From positions 66,588 through 130,587 of the forward strand of contig JBBSBV010000004.1 in assembly GCA_038250905.1 (NCBI GenBank): a stretch of DNA of 64,000 bases, in the 5' to 3' direction. Below are positions 54,079 to 63,132 of this stretch, in pieces. Both the position numbers and the translations under genes were made by a program. Source of the stretch: Acidimicrobiia bacterium (GTDB taxonomy: Bacteria > Actinomycetota > Acidimicrobiia > IMCC26256 > JAENVU01). The notes beneath the pieces were generated by a model that had not been told where the DNA came from, made no database searches, and saw nothing but the letters and a program-made list of their open reading frames with translations. Within the stretch, counting starts at the first letter, position 1, and the number at the start of each line of letters is the position of its first letter.

Positions 54079-54867
54079 TTACCAGGTCATGCCGATGGTG
54101 GCGCGCATCGCGGCCTCGAACGCCGCGTCGTCGAGTTTGGCGCGCGTCGCGAGCACCATCTCGGAGTCGGAGCCGACCGGGACCCGCAGCGGCGTGGTGT
54201 CGTCCTCGATCGCGTTCGCGATGGCGTGGGCCACCAACTCGGGACCCGGTCGACCGTCGGGCCCGGTCAACTTGGAGTCGGTTCCGGTCCACTGGGCCCA
54301 GAGTTCGTCGTAGTCGGCGTGCCCGCGATGGTCGTCGCTGTGCTTCATGCCCGGTGCGATGTAGCCGGGTTCCACGATCACGATGCGGACACCGAAGTGG
54401 CCGAGTTCGTAGTGGAGGGTCTCCGAGAGCGCTTCGAGTGCGTACTTCGACGCCGCGTACGGGCCTTCGAGTGGCGTCGCCACCCGACCCTGCACACTCG
54501 AGACGTTCACGATCACTCCGGTGCCGCGTGCCCGCCACCCGGGTGCGACAGCCTGCACCATACGGAGGGGGCCGACGGCGTTGGTGTCGAGCACCCGTTG
54601 CATCTGGTCGAGCGGGTAGTCGTCGAGCGGACCGGTGCCGACGATCGCCGCGTTGTTGACGATGGCATCGAGTTCACCCACCGCGGCGATGCACTCCGCG
54701 ACGGATGCGTCGCTCGTGACGTCGAGCGCGTGGACCCGGACTCCCTCGAGATCGCCGAGCAGCTCGGGGTTGCGTGCTGTGGCGACGACGTCGTGGCCCC
54801 GTGCGGCCAACTCGACGACCGTGGCCCGACCGATGGCGCGTCCCGCGCCCGTCACCAAGATCCGCAT
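54079..54867 (-). CDS. SDR family oxidoreductase.
   Basis: TGAGRAIG motif and a YAASK catalytic motif. Confidence 0.85.
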   Translation of the reverse strand: MRILVTGAGRAIGRATVVELAARGHDVVATARNPELLGDLEGVRVHALDVTSDASVAECIAAVGELDAIVNNAAIVGTGPLDDYPLDQMQRVLDTNAVGPLRMVQAVAPGWRARGTGVIVNVSSVQGRVATPLEGPYAASKYALEALSETLHYELGHFGVRIVIVEPGYIAPGMKHSDDHRGHADYDELWAQWTGTDSKLTGPDGRPGPELVAHAIANAIEDDTTPLRVPVGSDSEMVLATRAKLDDAAFEAAMRATIGMTW

Positions 54868-54961
54868 CGGCGGATGGTAGGCGGGGCCGAAGTCCGAGGG
54901 CTCACAGAACCATCACACGGGCATCGCGGTTTCGGCATTGACGGCATGGGAGCATCACGGG

Positions 54962-55639
54962 ATGGAGAAAGGCACCGTGCTCGTCGTCGAGGACGAACCC
55001 AACATCGCCGACCTGGTCGACCTGTACCTCAGCCGCGAGGGGTTCCGCGTGGTGAAGCAGGCCACCGGCGAGGACGGGCTGGCCGCGGTGCGGGACCAGC
55101 GGCCGCGGCTGGTGGTGCTCGACGTCGGGCTCCCCGACATCGACGGCCTCGAGGTGTGTCGCCGTATCCGGGCGACGAACGCGGTTCCGATCATCTTCCT
55201 CACCGCCCGGGCCGACGAGATCGACCGGATCCTCGGCCTGGAACTCGGTGGCGACGACTACCTCACCAAGCCGTTCGCGCCCGCCGAACTCGTCGCGCGC
55301 GTCAAGGCGGTGTTGCGTCGCACCGACGGACCCCCGTCGGCGGAGATCCTCCAAGCCGGCTCGGCGGTGGTCGACGTCGGCCGGCGCGAGATCCGGGTGG
55401 ACGACACGCCCGTCGACTTCACGACCAAGGAGTTCGAACTCCTCCGCTTCCTGGCCGACCGGCCCGGGCTCGCGATGAGCCGTCAGCAGATCCTCGACAA
55501 CGTGTGGGGTCACGACTGGTACGGCGACGAGCGGACGGTGGATGTGCACATCGCGCAGGTCCGCAAGAAGCTGGGTACCTCGTGCACCATCTCGACCGTG
55601 CGCGGCATCGGATACCGGTTGGAGCCGACACCGCGGTGA
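54962..55639 (+). CDS. OmpR-family response regulator.
   Basis: Receiver domain (VLVVEDE...DVGLPDIDG) plus a winged-helix trans_reg_C domain. Start trimmed to MEKGTV. Confidence 0.9.
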   Translation: MEKGTVLVVEDEPNIADLVDLYLSREGFRVVKQATGEDGLAAVRDQRPRLVVLDVGLPDIDGLEVCRRIRATNAVPIIFLTARADEIDRILGLELGGDDYLTKPFAPAELVARVKAVLRRTDGPPSAEILQAGSAVVDVGRREIRVDDTPVDFTTKEFELLRFLADRPGLAMSRQQILDNVWGHDWYGDERTVDVHIAQVRKKLGTSCTISTVRGIGYRLEPTPR

Positions 55640-57222
55640 CCACATCCCGACGCAGCCTGCGCTCCCGGCTGCTCATCGCCATGGCCGCGATCGCGGTCGG
55701 GGTGCTGGTGGTCACGGGTGTGACCACGGTCGCGCTCGCGCGCCGCGGTGCCGAGCAGACCGCGATCAACCATCTCGAGGACCAGGCGCCCCAGGTGGCG
55801 CAGCAGCTACGCGCGCTGGCGCGTGCGATCCGAGGTCGCGATTTCAACGGTCGCCCGACTGCCCCCATCTCCCGGCTCGTCACCTCGGTGCTCCGGGTGA
55901 CGAACGGGACGGTGGTGACCGTGAGCGCCGACGGCTCGATGACGGTGGGGGCGAACGCCCTCGTCGGCTCCGGCTCCGCACCGGGTGACCCGGTATCGAC
56001 GAACGGGGGATCGCTCCCGTCGCAACGCCGGGCTCGCCTCCGCCAGCGGTTGGCCTCGACCACCACGACCGCTCCGGGCGGCCCCGCCTCCGAGGTTCCG
56101 GCCACCGACCTGCCCGCCGGCCTCACCTTGGCCGACCTCGACGCACCGACGTTGCTCGCCGGCAGTCGCCAGTCGGGGTACGTCGACGGGCTGGCGTTCG
56201 TGGCCGAACCGATCGTGGCCACCGGCGACGGCACCGCGGTGCTGGTGCTCACCGAGCAGATCGACTCGGGCGCGGTCAGCCGGGCGCGGGGCTTCTTCCT
56301 GATCGGCGGCGCGCTCGCCCTCGTTGCGGCGTTCGTCGTCTCCTACTTCCTCGCCCGTCGCCTCACCCGCCCGCTCGCCGCCATGGGCGTGACCGCGAGT
56401 GCGATCGCCGGCGGCGACCTCGGGGCGCGGGTCGATCTCGGCCAGCGCACCGACGTCGAGTTGGCCGATCTCGCCCGGACCTTGAACGGGATGGCCGGTC
56501 AACTCGAGGAGGCGCGCCACGCGGAGCGCGCGTTCCTCCTGTCGGTGTCACACGATCTCCGCACCCCGCTCACCTCGATCCGCGGCTTCGCCGAGGCGCT
56601 CACCGACGGCACGATTCCCGCCACGGAGGAGCAGCAACGCGCGGGCGCGGTCATCGCCGCCGAGGCGAACCGGCTGGAACGCCTGGTGGCCGACCTCCTC
56701 GACCTGGCCCGGCTCGACGCGCACCAGTTCTCGCTGTCACTGCGGCAGTTCGACCTCGCGGCCACGGTGCGGACGGCCGTCGACGCGTTCGATCCGGCTG
56801 CCGCCGACCTCGGGATCGCGCTCACGGTCGCGGTCCCCGAGCACCTGGAGGCGACGGGGGATCCCGAGCGGGTGGCCCAGGTGGTGGCGAATCTCGTCGA
56901 GAACGCGCTGAAGTACGCGCGGGTGGGCATCGCAGTCGAGGTCGCGACACCGGATGACGCGACGGTCGTGCTCGAGGTGCGCGACGACGGCCCGGGTATC
57001 GACCCGGTGGAGCAGCACCGTGTCTTCGAACGGCTCTACGTGTCGCGCACCACGCCCGGCCGCAGCGTCGGCACCGGCCTCGGGCTCGCGATCGTCGGTG
57101 AGTTGGCCCATGCCATGGGTGGCGAGGCGACCGCGGAGCCCGCCGCGACCCCGGGTGCGACGTTCCGCGTCCGGCTCCCGCTCGCGGGGCCGCCGCCACC
57201 CCGGCGGGCCGACGCGGTCTAA
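55636..57222 (+). CDS. Sensor histidine kinase (HAMP, HisKA, HATPase_c).
   Basis: GTGA overlap with the response-regulator stop. Two TM helices, H-box (SVSHDLRTPLTSI) and G-boxes. The ORF-track N-terminus is an extension. Confidence 0.85.
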   Translation: MTTSRRSLRSRLLIAMAAIAVGVLVVTGVTTVALARRGAEQTAINHLEDQAPQVAQQLRALARAIRGRDFNGRPTAPISRLVTSVLRVTNGTVVTVSADGSMTVGANALVGSGSAPGDPVSTNGGSLPSQRRARLRQRLASTTTTAPGGPASEVPATDLPAGLTLADLDAPTLLAGSRQSGYVDGLAFVAEPIVATGDGTAVLVLTEQIDSGAVSRARGFFLIGGALALVAAFVVSYFLARRLTRPLAAMGVTASAIAGGDLGARVDLGQRTDVELADLARTLNGMAGQLEEARHAERAFLLSVSHDLRTPLTSIRGFAEALTDGTIPATEEQQRAGAVIAAEANRLERLVADLLDLARLDAHQFSLSLRQFDLAATVRTAVDAFDPAAADLGIALTVAVPEHLEATGDPERVAQVVANLVENALKYARVGIAVEVATPDDATVVLEVRDDGPGIDPVEQHRVFERLYVSRTTPGRSVGTGLGLAIVGELAHAMGGEATAEPAATPGATFRVRLPLAGPPPPRRADAV

Positions 57223-59150
57223 GCGCCGCAGGTGGCTGGGGTGTGCCAGCACCGCAGCACTGCGTCGCTGAGCTTGCGCCCGACATACTGCGAGCCCTCG
57301 GCTCCGAAGTGCGAGCCGTCCGGCCGGAGTTCGATGCCCGCGACCTTGGCGGTGCAGTGGCCGCCCGGACACACGATCGACTCCAGGTCGAACACCGAGA
57401 CGCGCCCGCCGCGCGTCGGCCCGGCCCGCCGGTAGAGGTCGTTGAGCTTCGCGATGCGGGATGCCTCGTCGAGGCCCGGGAGGACCGCCGGGGTGCCCGG
57501 AACCGGCGCGGGCACAGTGAGGATGACCAGCCGGGCGCCGTGCCGGGTGAGCAGGTTTGCGGCCTGCCGCACTTCGCGGCCCAGGACGATGCGACCGGCG
57601 CGGGTACCGATCTTCACCCGCCGACCACCGAGGTCCCGGTCCACCGCGTCCCACGTCGAGAGCCAGATGACGAGATCGGGCGTAGGAGACGTGGCGACCA
57701 CGGTGCGGAGCGCGGGCTGCATTGCGGACGCGCAGGCGTGGGACCAGGGATACGGAGTGCCGTCGCTGCGAACCGTGACCCCGCGCAGGACCGAACACCC
57801 GGGCTGGGCCGCAGTCGCGAACGGCACGCCGCGCGCGGTCATGGCGTCGTCGAGACCAGGCCCGAGGGACGCGGCGAGTGAGTCGCCGATGAGCACCGCG
57901 CGCGTGGGGTTCCCGGGTTCGGGCGGTCCGAGGGTGGTACTCGACGTCGGCGTGGGGCTACCGCCGAAGTACGTGGGCGCCGCCGTGGCGCCGGTGGTGG
58001 CGAACACGATGCACGCCACGCCGACCGCGACCCCGGCCGGGGCGGCGATCCAGGTGGCCCGGCCGGCGAGCCCGTGGCGGATCGGCCGTTCGACGAGCAG
58101 GTAGGACGCCACCGAGATCGCGAGCGTGATGCCGACCCGGATCAGGTCGAGTCCGAGGCCAGAGACGCCGACTCGCGCCTCCGTCGCGTAGACGACGACC
58201 GGCCAGTGCCACAGGTAGATGCCGTAGGAGATGACGCCGATCATCACCAGGGGACGGAGCGCGAGCAGCCGTGCCGCGATGCCGTGCGGCGCGCGCATGA
58301 TCGACACGATGAGTCCCGCGACGGCGAGCGCGAAGAGCAGGGATCCCCCGCGGTAGAGGCGCGGACTCGCCGAATGCGCGAACGCGAAGGCGGCCAGGAT
58401 CACCGCGAACGCCACCACACCCAGCGCGTTCAGCCACCGCCGGAATCGGGCGCCGGCGGCCGGCAGGTCGACGAGGACGATCGCGAGCAGCGCGCCGATG
58501 AGGATCGGATGCGCGTGGGCGTCGGTGCCGTAGTACGCACGCGACGGGTCGTCGCCGTTGTAGAGCAACGCCATCGCGACCGTCGACGCGATTGTGCCCA
58601 CGGCCGCGGTGACCGCGAGCCACCGCAATCGTCCGCGCCCGAGGGCCAGACAGGCCGCGGTCACGAGCGGCCACACCAGGTAGAACTGTTCCTCGATCGC
58701 CAGGGACCAGAGGTGACGGAACGGCGAGGCCGCGCTGAAGAGTTCGAAGTACGACTGGTGGGAGAAGACGAAGCGCCAGTTGGCGACGTAGAACAACCCC
58801 GCGATGCCGTCCCAGCGCAGGCGGTGGAACTCGGTACTGGGCACGTCGATGCGAGCGAAGATCGCCACCGCCACCATGAGCAGGACGAGGGCCGGGAGCA
58901 GGCGGCGGGCCCGGCGGGCCCAGAACGAGACGACGCCGATGCGGTCGTGGCGGCGCCACTCGAGGACGAGCAGCGTGGTGATGAGGTACCCGCTCAGGAC
59001 GAAGAACGTGTCGACGCCGAGGAACCCACCGGTCAGGCCGGTCTCACGGAGGTGGAACACCACGACCGCCACCACCGCCACGGCCCGCAGACCGTCGAGG
59101 CTCGGCTGGTAGGTGAGGTGATTCGGGGCGTCGGCGTCGGTCGACGTCAC
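57219..59150 (-). CDS. Acyltransferase family 3 (OatA-like) membrane protein with a C-terminal SGNH hydrolase domain.
   Basis: Ten-TM acyltransferase-3 core, then a GDS-like block (LIGDSLA). Confidence 0.85.
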   Translation of the reverse strand: MTSTDADAPNHLTYQPSLDGLRAVAVVAVVVFHLRETGLTGGFLGVDTFFVLSGYLITTLLVLEWRRHDRIGVVSFWARRARRLLPALVLLMVAVAIFARIDVPSTEFHRLRWDGIAGLFYVANWRFVFSHQSYFELFSAASPFRHLWSLAIEEQFYLVWPLVTAACLALGRGRLRWLAVTAAVGTIASTVAMALLYNGDDPSRAYYGTDAHAHPILIGALLAIVLVDLPAAGARFRRWLNALGVVAFAVILAAFAFAHSASPRLYRGGSLLFALAVAGLIVSIMRAPHGIAARLLALRPLVMIGVISYGIYLWHWPVVVYATEARVGVSGLGLDLIRVGITLAISVASYLLVERPIRHGLAGRATWIAAPAGVAVGVACIVFATTGATAAPTYFGGSPTPTSSTTLGPPEPGNPTRAVLIGDSLAASLGPGLDDAMTARGVPFATAAQPGCSVLRGVTVRSDGTPYPWSHACASAMQPALRTVVATSPTPDLVIWLSTWDAVDRDLGGRRVKIGTRAGRIVLGREVRQAANLLTRHGARLVILTVPAPVPGTPAVLPGLDEASRIAKLNDLYRRAGPTRGGRVSVFDLESIVCPGGHCTAKVAGIELRPDGSHFGAEGSQYVGRKLSDAVLRCWHTPATCGA

Positions 59151-59285
59151 ACCGACGATGGTACCGGGGCCGCGGCGGATGCCCGCGTCGCCCCATCACC
59201 GGGTCCGGACGCGGCGTGGCGGGGCGCGGGCCGGTGAGGGCGGAGCGGTACCGTCGCCGGATGATCTCGGACCAGGCCGGACGCG

Positions 59286-59612
59286 ATGTGGCTCGTCTGT
59301 GACGGACAGGTCCTCGCCGCAGCCGAGGAACCCTCGGGGGCGCGTGGTCGAGCGCGTGGGCTCCTCGGTCGCGATGGCATCGACGGCGTGCTGGTGCTCC
59401 GGCCGTGTCGCAACGTGCACACGTTCCGAATGCGCTTCCCGATCGATGTGGCGTTCTGCGACGGCGACGGCGTGGTGATCCGCGCGGTCACGTTGCCACC
59501 GCACCGCATCTCGCCGATGGTGTGGCGCGCGCGGTGTGCACTGGAGGCGGAGGCCGGCGCGCTCGAACGCTGGGGTGTGCACGTGGGTGACCGGCTGGAA
59601 CTCCGTGCGTGA
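59286..59612 (+). CDS. DUF192 domain-containing protein.
   Basis: HTFRMRFPIDVAFCDGDGVV matches the DUF192 core. Confidence 0.6.
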   Translation: MWLVCDGQVLAAAEEPSGARGRARGLLGRDGIDGVLVLRPCRNVHTFRMRFPIDVAFCDGDGVVIRAVTLPPHRISPMVWRARCALEAEAGALERWGVHVGDRLELRA

Positions 59613-60468
59613 TCCGAACGACGACCTTCCCGGGGCGCTCGTGGTCGTCGGTACTCCGATCGGGAACCTCGGCGACCTGAGCCCGCGGGTGATCGAAGTA
59701 CTCCGCGACGCCGACGTGCTCGCGTGCGAGGACACCCGTCGGACGCGCACGCTGCTGTCCCACGCCGGACTCGCGGCCGGTGGCCGGCTGCGCTCGGTGC
59801 CGGCCCACGGCGAATCCGACAACGTGGGTTGGGTGGTCGACGCGGTCGCCGCCGGCCGTCGGGTGGCGGTGATCACCGACGCCGGCATGCCGGGGATCAG
59901 CGACCCCGGGTCCAAGCTGGTGCGGGCGTGCCTCGATGCCGGGCTCGCGGTCGAGGTGGTTCCCGGGCCCTCCGCGGTCACGACCGCGCTGGTCCTCTCC
60001 GGCCTGCCGACCGATCGGTTCGTCTTCGAGGGCTTCCTGCCCCGGAAGGGCACGACCCGGGTCGAGCGGTTGGAGGCGTTGCGCACCGAGGTGCGCACGA
60101 CGGTGCTCTTCGAATCGCCGCGCCGGGTGGCGGCCACCCTCGCCGAACTGGTCGGGTACTGCGGCGCGGACCGGCCGGCAGTGATCGCGCGGGAGCTCAC
60201 CAAGCTCCACGAAGAGGTGCGGCGGGGGACCCTGGCGGAGTTGGCGGCGGGCGCAGAGGCCGACGAACCGCGCGGGGAGTGCGTGATCGTGCTCGGCGGT
60301 GCCACTGGCGCTCCGGTCGCGGCCTCCGATGCCGAGGTCGACACTGCACTCGCGGTCGAACTCGCGGCCGGAATCTCGACGCGCGACGCCGCCGCGATCG
60401 TCAGCGCGCGCCTCGGTATGCCGCGCCGGGAGGTCTACGCGCGGGCGGTCACCCTGAAGTCGCGGTGA
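59605..60468 (+). CDS. rsmI: 16S rRNA (cytidine1402-2'-O)-methyltransferase RsmI.
   Basis: VVGTPIGNLGDLSPR and DAGMPGISDPG motifs. Start GTG at 59605; an alternative is at 59638. Confidence 0.85.
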   Translation: MRDPNDDLPGALVVVGTPIGNLGDLSPRVIEVLRDADVLACEDTRRTRTLLSHAGLAAGGRLRSVPAHGESDNVGWVVDAVAAGRRVAVITDAGMPGISDPGSKLVRACLDAGLAVEVVPGPSAVTTALVLSGLPTDRFVFEGFLPRKGTTRVERLEALRTEVRTTVLFESPRRVAATLAELVGYCGADRPAVIARELTKLHEEVRRGTLAELAAGAEADEPRGECVIVLGGATGAPVAASDAEVDTALAVELAAGISTRDAAAIVSARLGMPRREVYARAVTLKSR

Positions 60469-60694
60469 GCTTCTCCACGCACGCCGCGCACACGACTTTG
60501 CGGCTGAAGTCGCGGAGCTGGTCGCTCGAGCCGCAGAAGACGCAGCGCTGCTCCACCTTCTCCAAGGTGATGCGATCGACCTCGGCCGTCATCATCACCA
60601 GGTCGCCGACATCGATGCGGAGGGCCTTGCGCATCTCGACCGGGATCACCACGCGGCCGAGCTGATCGATCTTGCGCGCCACGCCACTCGCCAT
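60449..60694 (-). CDS. AbrB/MazE/SpoVT-type DNA-binding domain protein with a C-terminal CxxC...CxxC zinc ribbon.
   Basis: N-terminal swapped-hairpin motif (KIDQLGRVVIPVEMRK) and a C-terminal CVFCGS...CAAC motif. Confidence 0.7.
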   Translation of the reverse strand: MASGVARKIDQLGRVVIPVEMRKALRIDVGDLVMMTAEVDRITLEKVEQRCVFCGSSDQLRDFSRKVVCAACVEKLTATSG

Positions 60695-60753
60695 CTGTGT
60701 GACCCCCGCGTAAGAGACTCGGAACCGCCCGGACCGTCGGTACTGTAGGGCGC

Positions 60754-62274
60754 GTGCCTGATTCCTTCTACGTGACGACGCCGATCTACTACGTCAACGA
60801 CGCGCCACACATCGGTCACGCGTACACCACGGTCCACGCCGACGTGCTCGCCCGGTGGCGCCGTCTCCACGGCGACGACGTCCTCTTCCTCACCGGAACC
60901 GACGAACACGGGCTCAAGATCCAGCGGGCGGCCGAGGCGCGCGGCGTGAGTCCGCTGGAGTGGGCCGACACCACGAGTGCCCGGTTCCGGGATGCCTGGG
61001 CGCTGCTCGACATCAGCAACGACGACTTCATCCGCACCACCGAGCCTCGTCACCACGCCGCGGTCCAGGCCTTCCTGTCCCAGGTCTACGACAACGGCTT
61101 CATCGAGCTGGCCACGTACGAGGGGCTGTACTGCGTCGCCTGCGAGGCCTATTACACCGAAGATGATCTCGTCGACGGTTTGTGTCCGATCCATCATCGG
61201 CCGGTGGAGACGGTCACCGAGGAGAACTACTTCTTCCAGCTCTCGAAGTTCGAGCAGCCGCTGATCGAGTACTACGAGGCCAACCCGCTCGCGGTGCAGC
61301 CCGAGAGCAAGCGCAACGAGGTGCTCGGTTTCCTCCGGCAGGGATTGCGCGACTTCTCGATGAGCCGGACCTCCATCTCGTGGGGCATCCCGCTGCCGTG
61401 GGACCCCGAGCACGTCACCTACGTCTGGTACGACGCGCTCATCAACTACGCCAGCGCGGTCGGGTTCGGATCCGACCCGAGCCAGTTCGCCTACCGGTGG
61501 CCGGTCCAGTACCACCTGCTGGCGAAGGACATCCTCCGGTTCCATGCCGTCTACTGGCCGGCGATGCTGATGGCGGCGGGGCTCCCGTTGCCCGAGCACG
61601 TCTTCGCCCATGGCTACCTCTTGGTCGGGGGCGAGAAGATGAGCAAGACGAGTCTCAACAACATTGCCCCCGCCGACCTGGTTCCGGAGTTCGGCAGTGA
61701 CGGGTTCCGCTACCACTTCCTCACCGACCTCCACTTCGGGCAGGACGGCGACTTCAGTTACGAGGGCATGGTCGCCCGCTACAACGCCGACCTCGCCAAC
61801 AACTTCGGGAACCTCGCGAGTCGCGTACTCAACATGGCGGTCACCTACTGCGACGGTGTCGTGCCCGCGACGCGCGCCGACGGTCCACTCGCCGCGCAGG
61901 CCGCGCTCGCGCTCGAGGCCTACGAGGCCGCGCTCGGTGAGCTGAGGTTCGACGAAGGGTTCGGCGCGGTCTGGCAACTCATCCGCGACACCAACGCCTT
62001 CATCGAGGAGTCCGAGCCGTGGAAGACGCACAAGGCGGGCGACGCGGACGCGACCGCGGCCGTCCTCGGTGACTGCCTCGAGGTGCTGCGGATCGTTGCG
62101 TTGCTGGCATCGCCCGTGATCCCGCGGGCCGCAGCGGAGCTGTGGCGTCGGCTCGGGCTCGCGGGGACGCCGGAGGCGCAGGTGCTCCCGGCCGCCGCCG
62201 GTTGGGGTACGACCCCGACCGCCGGGAACGCACTCACCAAGGGGCCCTCGCTCTTCCCCCGCATCGACGCGTGA
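60754..62274 (+). CDS. metG: Methionine--tRNA ligase.
   Basis: HIGH motif (PHIGHAYT), KMSKS motif (KMSKT) and an anticodon-binding domain. Confidence 0.95.
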   Translation: MPDSFYVTTPIYYVNDAPHIGHAYTTVHADVLARWRRLHGDDVLFLTGTDEHGLKIQRAAEARGVSPLEWADTTSARFRDAWALLDISNDDFIRTTEPRHHAAVQAFLSQVYDNGFIELATYEGLYCVACEAYYTEDDLVDGLCPIHHRPVETVTEENYFFQLSKFEQPLIEYYEANPLAVQPESKRNEVLGFLRQGLRDFSMSRTSISWGIPLPWDPEHVTYVWYDALINYASAVGFGSDPSQFAYRWPVQYHLLAKDILRFHAVYWPAMLMAAGLPLPEHVFAHGYLLVGGEKMSKTSLNNIAPADLVPEFGSDGFRYHFLTDLHFGQDGDFSYEGMVARYNADLANNFGNLASRVLNMAVTYCDGVVPATRADGPLAAQAALALEAYEAALGELRFDEGFGAVWQLIRDTNAFIEESEPWKTHKAGDADATAAVLGDCLEVLRIVALLASPVIPRAAAELWRRLGLAGTPEAQVLPAAAGWGTTPTAGNALTKGPSLFPRIDA

Positions 62275-63050
62275 GTTCCGACCCACCGGTTCGGGGCTGG
62301 GTCGACAGTCACTGTCACCTCCCCGCCGACCTCGCCGAGGCCGACGCCGTCGTGGCGCGCGCCCGGGCCGCCGGGGTCGACTGGATGGTGTGTGTCGGTA
62401 CCGACCTCGTCACGTCCGAGGCGGCCGTCGCGCTCGCGGGGCACCGGAACGACGTGCGGGCCACCGTCGGACTCCACCCGCACGACGCCGTGCACCTCGC
62501 CGACCAGTGGCCCGGGCTGGTGCGCCTGGCGCTTGATCCGGCGGTGGTCGCGATCGGCGAGGCCGGGCTCGACCACCACTACGAGCATTCGCCGGGACCT
62601 GACCAGGCCGCCGCGTTCCAGGCCCAGATCCGTCTGGCCCACGAACTCGACCGCGCGTTGGTCATCCACACCCGCGAGGCCTGGGACGAGACCTTCGCGA
62701 TCCTCGACGACGAGGGCATGCCGCGCCGCACGGTCTTCCACTGTTTCACCGGTGGACCCGACGAGGCGACGGCGTGCGTCGATCGAGGCGCTTACGTCTC
62801 GTTCAGTGGGATCGTCACGTTCAAGAACGCCGTCGACGTCCGCGCCGCGGCTGCGATCGTTCCCGTGGATCGCATGCTCGTGGAGACCGACAGTCCGTAC
62901 CTCGCGCCGGTCCCGCACCGGGGCCAGGTGAATGAGCCCGCATGGGTCGTCGAGGTCGGCGCGGGGCTGGCTGCCGCGACTGTTCACAGAGTGGAAACGG
63001 TGGCGGCGAGGACGGCACAGGCTGCTGACCAGGTCTTTCGCACTGCCTGA
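62271..63050 (+). CDS. tatD: TatD family metal-dependent hydrolase.
   Basis: HCHL motif at the N-terminus, then HTREA and H...D metal-ligand motifs. GTGA overlap with the metG stop. Confidence 0.9.
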   Translation: MSSDPPVRGWVDSHCHLPADLAEADAVVARARAAGVDWMVCVGTDLVTSEAAVALAGHRNDVRATVGLHPHDAVHLADQWPGLVRLALDPAVVAIGEAGLDHHYEHSPGPDQAAAFQAQIRLAHELDRALVIHTREAWDETFAILDDEGMPRRTVFHCFTGGPDEATACVDRGAYVSFSGIVTFKNAVDVRAAAAIVPVDRMLVETDSPYLAPVPHRGQVNEPAWVVEVGAGLAAATVHRVETVAARTAQAADQVFRTA

Positions 63051-63132
63051 CCCCGGATTTGCCTCCCTGGAACTGGAAGATCCTGGTACTGAGATTGACC
63101 CTGCTGGGGGCCATCGTTAGGTTCGCCACGTC

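Noticed and set aside
54226-55635. 5' extension of the histidine-kinase ORF (54226..57222) across the response-regulator gene.
   Set aside because: Out of frame to the real response-regulator gene. The kinase starts at the GTG at 55636, which overlaps the regulator stop (GTGA).
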